Shown here: positions 48,472 through 54,465 of the stretch, piece after piece
How positions within the stretch are numbered: position 1 is the stretch's first letter
Layout: each line of letters starts with the position of its first letter
NCBI GenBank assembly: GCA_964618805.1
Contig: CAZUBM010000014.1
Span: 1 to 54,465, forward strand
DNA length: 54,465 bases
Direction: 5' to 3'
Source of the DNA: an uncultured Nitrososphaerota archaeon
GTDB lineage: Archaea > Korarchaeota > Korarchaeia > Korarchaeales > Korarchaeaceae
Notes under the pieces: generated by a model
The model's database searches: none
The model's input: the letters and a program-made list of their open reading frames with translations, nothing else
What the model was told of the DNA's origin: nothing
Position numbers and translations under genes: made by a program

Positions 48472-49371
48472 ATGTTTAGGTTCAAGGCAAAACAGAGAGT
48501 GTTTGAAATAGGAGGGGTAAAAGTAGGAGGAGAACCCGGCAAGAATCCAACTGTGCTAATAGGTTCCATATTCTATCACAAGCAGAAGCTTTTAACGGAC
48601 GACAGAAAGGGGGAGTTCAATAAAGAGGAAGCAGAGAAGTTGATAAAGCTCCAAGAAGAATTTTCAGATAGGACTGGAAATCCATGCATGCTTGATGTTA
48701 TTGGATCAAGCGCAGAGTCCATAGAGAAATTCCTTGACTTCACGGCTGGAGTTACCGATGTTCCAATTCTGATAGATGGAACCACTGCAGATGTGAGGGT
48801 GGCAGGGCTGAGGTATGCTGAAGAAGTTGGGCTAGTTGATAGAGCTATCTACAATTCTCTAGTTCCAAAGTATAAGCAAGAGGAAGCAAATACCATAAGA
48901 GAAGTTGGAATAGAGGCAGCAATCTTGCTGACGTTCGAGATGAGAGAGTTCACAACGCTTGGCAGGATAAAGGCAGCTAAAAAGCTTTTAGAGACCGCTA
49001 AAAACATAGGAATTCGTAAGCCACTCATAGATACCTGCGTCCTTGACGTGCCGACCCTTGGAATGGCTTGCAGAGCCATATATATACTGAAAGATGAGAC
49101 AGGGTTCCCTGTAGGCTGTAGCCCTCACAACGCTATAAGCACATGGAGAGGTTTGAGGAGAAAGATGGGTAAGCAAGCTGTAAGGCCAGCTTTGTCTTCA
49201 GCAAGCGTGATAGCGGCAACAGTTGGAGGGGATTTCCTTCTTTATGGGCCAATAGAGGCTGCACCCTATGTATTTCCAGTTGTAGCGATGGTAGATGCTG
49301 CGCTTGGCTATTACTATGTAGAAAACAGAGAAATGCTGGACAGAAGCCATCCACTCTTTAAGATAGCGTAA
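48472..49371 (+). CDS. mtrH: Tetrahydromethanopterin S-methyltransferase subunit H family (MtrH/MtgA-like)
   Basis: MFRFKAKQRVFEIGGVKVGGEPG, PTVLIGSIFY, IYNS, PHNA, DFLLYGPIE. Confidence 0.9.
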   Translation: MFRFKAKQRVFEIGGVKVGGEPGKNPTVLIGSIFYHKQKLLTDDRKGEFNKEEAEKLIKLQEEFSDRTGNPCMLDVIGSSAESIEKFLDFTAGVTDVPILIDGTTADVRVAGLRYAEEVGLVDRAIYNSLVPKYKQEEANTIREVGIEAAILLTFEMREFTTLGRIKAAKKLLETAKNIGIRKPLIDTCVLDVPTLGMACRAIYILKDETGFPVGCSPHNAISTWRGLRRKMGKQAVRPALSSASVIAATVGGDFLLYGPIEAAPYVFPVVAMVDAALGYYYVENREMLDRSHPLFKIA

Positions 49372-49388
49372 TGGCCCGCTGTAAGGCC

Positions 49389-51308
49389 TTATACTCTCAG
49401 ATTTCTTTCTTTAAGAAAATTTTTCACAGCTGGAAATCTGTTCAGATCCCTGTGCGGTAACTCTGTTGCGTTTATGAACTCTTCCTGAAAGGAAGGGTCA
49501 AGGCTTAACTCGATGTATTTAATGAGCTTTAAAAGATCTTTTGATTCTTCGCGAAGGCTCCTCGATATTAAGGCAATTTTTGCACCTGCAATTGCTGTGT
49601 TACCCACAAATTCAACTTTTCCCCCGTGCTCCTCTGGAAACAGCCCTATCAAGATGGCATTTTCCAGGTTTATTCCGGATCCAAAGGCTCCAGCAACGAA
49701 TACTTTTTCTACTTCCTTCGGCTTAATGCCCATTCTTTTCATTATAATGGATTGAGCTGCATATATCGCTGCCTTCGCCAGCTGTATCTCTCTCACATCC
49801 CTCTGAGTGATTGTGATGTCCTCTTTAATGCCTGCCTCATCCCTCCATGCAATGACAAACTCGACTTCTCCCCCCTCTTCTCTAATCCTTGGTTTCCCTA
49901 GCTCCTTTCTTATCCTCCCATTCTTGTCTATAAGTCCACATTTTAGAAGTCCGGCAACAACATCTATTATGGCAGATCCACAAAGGCCTACTGGTTTTGC
50001 ATCTCCGATCGTCTTATACTTAACCTCGCATGTCTCACAGTCTATATCTACCTTTTCTATTGCCCCAGTTGAGGCCTTCATCCCGAACTTTATGTGACCT
50101 CCCTCAAACGCGGGTCCTGATGCAGCAGAGCATGCTATTATGCCTTTTCTGTTCCCTAAGAAGACCTCAGTGTTTGTACCTATATCTAAGAGGAGGGAAA
50201 TTTCATCAGATTTGTGAAGACCTGTTGCTAGGAGATCAGCTGCTCCATCAGCTCCTACGAAGCCCCCGATTATAGGTAAGGTGAGGACATATCCGCTTTT
50301 TCTTATCCTCATTCCAATTTTCTCAGCTTTAACGCTCACGAAATCCCTAACAGCCGGTACATATGGAGAGAGGGCTAGATATCTCGTTTCTATTCCTAGG
50401 AAGAGGTGATGCATGGCTGTGTTCCCAACCACAATGGCCTCATATATTCTCTCCCTGTTTACACCGCCCTTATCTGAAATCTCCTCTATAGCTTTATTTA
50501 TACCATCTATCAGAACTTTTTGGAGTAGAGAGCGGTTTTCAGGAGACTTCATAGCAAACGTGAGCCTAGTCATTATGTCCTCTCCAAACATAAGCTGAGG
50601 GTTTTCTATCGAGTTTATTCCGACGATTTCTCCGTCATTAACGTTTACAAGATATATGACAATCTTTGAAGTTCCTATGTCGATTGCTAAGCCATAGTTT
50701 TCTCTTTCAGTGTTCCCTCTCTCTATTCCTAAGATCTCACCCTCCCTTAAAACCAACGTTACATCCCATTCTGCTTTACGTAGGATGTCTGGAATATTAG
50801 CCAGCAGTTCGTGATCCATTTGTATTCTACCAGATCTCTCCCCTCTTGCGCTAAGGACCCTTAGAAGAGTATCAACAAGCCTCTCATGATCGGCTCTGAC
50901 ATCGTTAAGAGATGGCTTTGGGACTAAGAGATGAACTTTTTTAACCGCTGGCTCTAGAGGTACATTTCTCCCGAATCCGGCCTCAAGTATTTTTCTCTCC
51001 CCGACTTTGCTCTCAGTGGGAACGTATACGCTTCCTTCTTTAAGGATGCGGGCTTGACATGCGAGCCTTAAGCCCTTTTTAAGTTCCTCAGGAGTTAGAA
51101 ATCTCTTCTCGACATCTGTGATTTCTGTAAAAGCTTTATAGTCCCTAACTAGGATCTTGCACTTTCCGCAAGTCCCAAGACCTCCACATTCAGACCTAAT
51201 CCCTAAGCCAGCCTTAATAGCTGCTTCAAGTACGGTGGCTCCTTTTTCCACTAGGACATTCTTTCCATCAGGCTCAAATGTTATCCTTACCTTTTCAGAA
51301 TTGCCCAT
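49389..51308 (-). CDS. ASKHA-type reductive activator of corrinoid proteins (RACo/AcsV-like) with an N-terminal 2Fe-2S domain
   Basis: CGGLGTCGKC and RLACQ, DIGTS, GNTAMHH, DIGTNTE, ASGPAFEG, QLAKAAI, AGAFG. Confidence 0.92.
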   Translation of the reverse strand: MGNSEKVRITFEPDGKNVLVEKGATVLEAAIKAGLGIRSECGGLGTCGKCKILVRDYKAFTEITDVEKRFLTPEELKKGLRLACQARILKEGSVYVPTESKVGERKILEAGFGRNVPLEPAVKKVHLLVPKPSLNDVRADHERLVDTLLRVLSARGERSGRIQMDHELLANIPDILRKAEWDVTLVLREGEILGIERGNTERENYGLAIDIGTSKIVIYLVNVNDGEIVGINSIENPQLMFGEDIMTRLTFAMKSPENRSLLQKVLIDGINKAIEEISDKGGVNRERIYEAIVVGNTAMHHLFLGIETRYLALSPYVPAVRDFVSVKAEKIGMRIRKSGYVLTLPIIGGFVGADGAADLLATGLHKSDEISLLLDIGTNTEVFLGNRKGIIACSAASGPAFEGGHIKFGMKASTGAIEKVDIDCETCEVKYKTIGDAKPVGLCGSAIIDVVAGLLKCGLIDKNGRIRKELGKPRIREEGGEVEFVIAWRDEAGIKEDITITQRDVREIQLAKAAIYAAQSIIMKRMGIKPKEVEKVFVAGAFGSGINLENAILIGLFPEEHGGKVEFVGNTAIAGAKIALISRSLREESKDLLKLIKYIELSLDPSFQEEFINATELPHRDLNRFPAVKNFLKERNLRV

Positions 51309-51738
51309 TCCTAAGACCTCGATAACCCATAGTATTCGAGGGTAATGTCTTATCAGTGAGAGAAACCATAAATTTGTTCAATTCCCTTTCATGATTGGTT
51401 TTCTACCGTCCTTAACGGACTAAGCTTGAAAAACTTTGAAATTTTATAATCTTTCGGAACGAAAATGCCTCCTTGCTTTAGATTCGGAGGAAAGGTAGAG
51501 GAAGCTTTATTTTAAGCATAGAGTCAATAAATTTCCTCATGAAAAGTGTCAGCTAGAATTATGGAATCGCATCTAAATCACATCTAAGAAAATTCTTTGT
51601 ACAAAGTCTTCATATTCTCATCTTTCTTTTTCTCTTTTGAGAGAAGGAATTAGAAAGATGAAGAGATGTTCGTTCTTCTTTCGTTTAATATAGTAACCAA
51701 AGATGTTAAATATGGAAATAAGCATTATCCTTGCAAAG

Positions 51739-52200
51739 ATGTCAAAAAAGAAGTTAGCCAAGATCTTAAGAATAGTTTCTCTTGCTCTGGTCGTAATCGC
51801 AATGGCTATCTTTGCAGCTTCCATGTATACCGTTACAAAAACGCTGAGATCTTCTCTCTTTGTCGAAGGGGTTGAGGAGCCAATCCAGATAGATGTATTA
51901 GGCGATCCAATTAAGGGGACTCTGGAGGGAGTAGCAAGCTTAAGAGTTGTTGGAGAGGGGTTAATGAGTACTAACGTTTCAGCAACGGTAGAAATATTGG
52001 ATATTCAGGGAAATGTCCTATTTTCCGTTTCAAACTCTACCATGATCTCCCCTGGTGAGGTTAAGTACTTGACAATGAGGTTTTCCTTGTCTGGAATCGA
52101 CATCAGAACTTTGAATGCTTCGCTAAGGCTCAGATTTAGGGCTTTCTTCAACCTAATTGGGGTTGAATTCAGTACAGGATTTACTGGTAGAGGTGATTAG
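51739..52200 (+). CDS. Hypothetical membrane-anchored beta-rich protein
   Basis: Basic N-terminus, one TM, a beta-rich body; abuts the next gene. The open frame starts at 51703. Confidence 0.7.
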   Translation: MSKKKLAKILRIVSLALVVIAMAIFAASMYTVTKTLRSSLFVEGVEEPIQIDVLGDPIKGTLEGVASLRVVGEGLMSTNVSATVEILDIQGNVLFSVSNSTMISPGEVKYLTMRFSLSGIDIRTLNASLRLRFRAFFNLIGVEFSTGFTGRGD

Positions 52201-52689
52201 ATGAGCAGGAAAACGAAGGCAGCAATATCGGCCGTCCTTTACATTTTGATGTTTGTTGTACTGCCAAACATAGCTCTAGAAAGAGCACCCGCTGAACTCC
52301 TAAGGGACGCATCAATGATGCTAGGGGTGGATCTGAGGAATTTCGTGATAACGTTTTCAATATTAGGCATAGTCCTTGCGGGATTAAACATCGTTAGTGG
52401 GATCGTAAAGGAAAATTCTTATATCTATCTGATTTCTGGCATCATCACACCTTTGGTCTGGTATTACCTGTCCATTTACGGACTTAGCTTTGGCAAGCCG
52501 GGGAACTTTGGTAGTACCCTCTTATCGATGACAAGCAAAGAGGGCACGATGAGCGCGTTGATAGAAATTAGGATAATCCTAGTGATCTTAGGATTTGCAG
52601 TTGCCCTTGAGATAATTTCCAGCCTCATAGAATTCATAGCAGCGAGAGAAGAGTATGAAGAATCGGCCTTGAAACAAGATCTAGGTTAA
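52201..52689 (+). CDS. Hypothetical 4-TM membrane protein
   Basis: Four hydrophobic segments; GAGGTGA RBS immediately upstream. Confidence 0.75.
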   Translation: MSRKTKAAISAVLYILMFVVLPNIALERAPAELLRDASMMLGVDLRNFVITFSILGIVLAGLNIVSGIVKENSYIYLISGIITPLVWYYLSIYGLSFGKPGNFGSTLLSMTSKEGTMSALIEIRIILVILGFAVALEIISSLIEFIAAREEYEESALKQDLG

Positions 52690-52708
52690 AGGTAGTCTAC
52701 AGCCGTGC

Positions 52709-53932
52709 ATGATTAAAATCTATGGTCCTATAGAGTTTATTGACATGAGGACGTCTGGCAAGATCGTTGTATATGGAGAGGGGAAATTGAGAGCTAAAAG
52801 GGGAGAACAAAACATATACTTAAAGTGGCTTCGCAGGATTGAGGGAGATGTAAATCCAGGGGACCTTGTTGAGATAGTGGATGATAGAGGTGAGTTCCTA
52901 GGAACTGGCTTCTATGAGGGTATTGGAGCAATGGCAGCTAGGATACTTACTACTGATCCTGAGGAGGAAGTTGACCTTGATTTTTTTAAGAACAGGCTTT
53001 TAAGGGCTTTGGAGTTTCGTAGAAGGCTAAAACTTGAAAACTGCTATAGATTATGCCACAGCGAAGCTGACATGCTTCCAGGGCTTATAATAGATGTTTA
53101 CTCAAACATAGCTGTCCTATCCTCCACTTCAATAGGAATGGACAGGTTACTCAATGAGATAGGAGCTATTTTGATGGAAATTTTGGAGATAGATGCTGTT
53201 TACGTGAGAAACGATGGAAGAACGCGGAAAGAGCTTAATCTTCCTGTTTGGAGGGGAAAATTATTGGGTGACGCGCCTCAGACAACTGTAATAGAAGAAG
53301 GAGAGGCTAAATTCGAAGTTAATGTTCTAAGAGGACAAAAGACAGGTTTCTTCTTAGATCAAAGGGAGAATAGGCTTCTGGTTAATCAAATAACTCCTAG
53401 AGGGGCAAGAGTCCTAGACCTTTTCTCTTACACTGGTGGATTTGGAATTCAAGCTGCTTTAGGAGGAGCTGAGCAAGTAACTATGGTGGATGAGTCGGAG
53501 TACGCTTGTGAGGAGGCCAAGAGGAACGCTGAGATGAACGGTGTCTTAGCAAAGGTAAGCATTGTTCAATCATCTGTCAAGGACTGGACCGAAGCTGCAA
53601 AGAGGAGGGAGAAAAGGTTTGATCTAGTCATCGCGGATCCTCCAGCCCTTATTCCAAGCAGGGATATGATCAAAGTAGGTACAAAGACGTACTTTGCAGT
53701 TAACACCGCTGCAATCCAATTAGTTGAGAGGGATGGTTTGTTGATGACTTTTAGCTGCAGTCACTTCATGAGCATAACAAAGTTCAGAAAGCTCATTATT
53801 GAGGCGGCCCAGAAGGCAGGAAGGATGGTACAATTCCTGGGCGGTGTTAGAGGCCAGGCTAAAGATCATCCAATTGATCCTCTTCACCCTTGGACTGCTT
53901 ACCTTAAGGGGTACCTGCTTAGGGTTTGGTAA
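52709..53932 (+). CDS. rlmI: PUA-domain class I SAM-dependent rRNA m5C methyltransferase (RlmI-like)
   Basis: SEADMLPGLIIDVY, GQKTGFFLDQRENR, VLDLFSYTGGF, DPPA, FSCS, YLKG. Confidence 0.9.
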   Translation: MIKIYGPIEFIDMRTSGKIVVYGEGKLRAKRGEQNIYLKWLRRIEGDVNPGDLVEIVDDRGEFLGTGFYEGIGAMAARILTTDPEEEVDLDFFKNRLLRALEFRRRLKLENCYRLCHSEADMLPGLIIDVYSNIAVLSSTSIGMDRLLNEIGAILMEILEIDAVYVRNDGRTRKELNLPVWRGKLLGDAPQTTVIEEGEAKFEVNVLRGQKTGFFLDQRENRLLVNQITPRGARVLDLFSYTGGFGIQAALGGAEQVTMVDESEYACEEAKRNAEMNGVLAKVSIVQSSVKDWTEAAKRREKRFDLVIADPPALIPSRDMIKVGTKTYFAVNTAAIQLVERDGLLMTFSCSHFMSITKFRKLIIEAAQKAGRMVQFLGGVRGQAKDHPIDPLHPWTAYLKGYLLRVW

Positions 53933-54110
53933 CGGCGGTAGCATTTGAGTATAGATACTTAAATATGCATGAAGGATTTCAAACATGGCTGGATTATTGA
54001 AGCCCATATCTAACAGAGGAGAGTTTCGATAAACCGTCCATGCTCCTTATGTTTCAGCAGTCTTCATGTGGCCTTTAATTTAAGAGAAAGGAAGGGGAGG
54101 GATGTGAGAA

Positions 54111-54465
54111 TTGGCAAGAGTGGTCGAAGAAGCCATTGAACTCGCTGATGAGGCCGGAAAGAGGGCTCCAAAGCTATTTGGGGTTCCTTCAGGGGTAGAA
54201 GGACTTGATAAACTCTTTTACAGGGTCGAAATTACTGATGAAGGTATCAGGAAAGTGCCATTAGGAGGCTACCCATACAGAGCGGTGATTAACATAACGG
54301 GAGTCCCTGATACCGGAAAAGTCTTATGGCAGAACAATTTGCTGTGAAACAAGCTTCTCTTGGATATGCCGTCAGTCACATAGTAGATGGGACCATAGTG
54401 CTAGGTAAGATTGTGAAAAGCAAGTGGGAGGAAACCTTTACAAGAAACCGATAGGAACAGTGATC
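54111..54465 (+). pseudogene. KaiC-domain protein (AF_0795-type) pseudogene; runs off the window edge
   Basis: GVPSGVEGLD and NITGVPDTGK, a frameshift at A4 (54317-54320), then SLMAEQFAVKQASLGY joined directly to AVSHIVDGTIVL (internal deletion), and a further frameshift near 54433. Confidence 0.8.

Overview
The window reads as chromosomal DNA from an anaerobic, probably thermophilic archaeon. Support comes from GGTGA-type ribosome-binding sites, TATA boxes, AGG/AGA-rich codons, and genes such as ThiDN, tungsten AOR, a COG1750 Lon-like protease, MtrH, a GGR-family enzyme and AF_0795-type KaiC; the lineage cannot be fixed from this window. Intact metabolic genes include ahcY, threonine synthase, an amino-acid racemase, a LutB/CCG pair, desulfoferrodoxin, AOR, a cytX-thiDN-thiW thiamine salvage operon, mtrH with a RACo-type corrinoid activator, and RlmI. 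There are several unusual surface or structural proteins: GEVED plus an Ala-rich helical stalk, a beta-propeller plus PEVK-like tail, a CARDB glycoside-hydrolase-like protein, a long bactofilin-like beta-helix, and a PKD receptor-like protein. Many genes are decayed by frameshifts, in-frame stops or deletion junctions. The best candidate for an undescribed system is the tightly coupled operon at 45497-48152: a geranylgeranyl-reductase-family enzyme, a Rab/Ras-like small GTPase fused to a winged helix, and a V4R protein with Bet3/TRAPP-like motifs, lying just downstream of the PKD receptor-like gene. I also see a probable TetR operator and a candidate C/D-box sRNA. No rRNA, tRNA, CRISPR array or intact mobile element was seen. 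All family calls are by-eye motif recognition; no searches were run.
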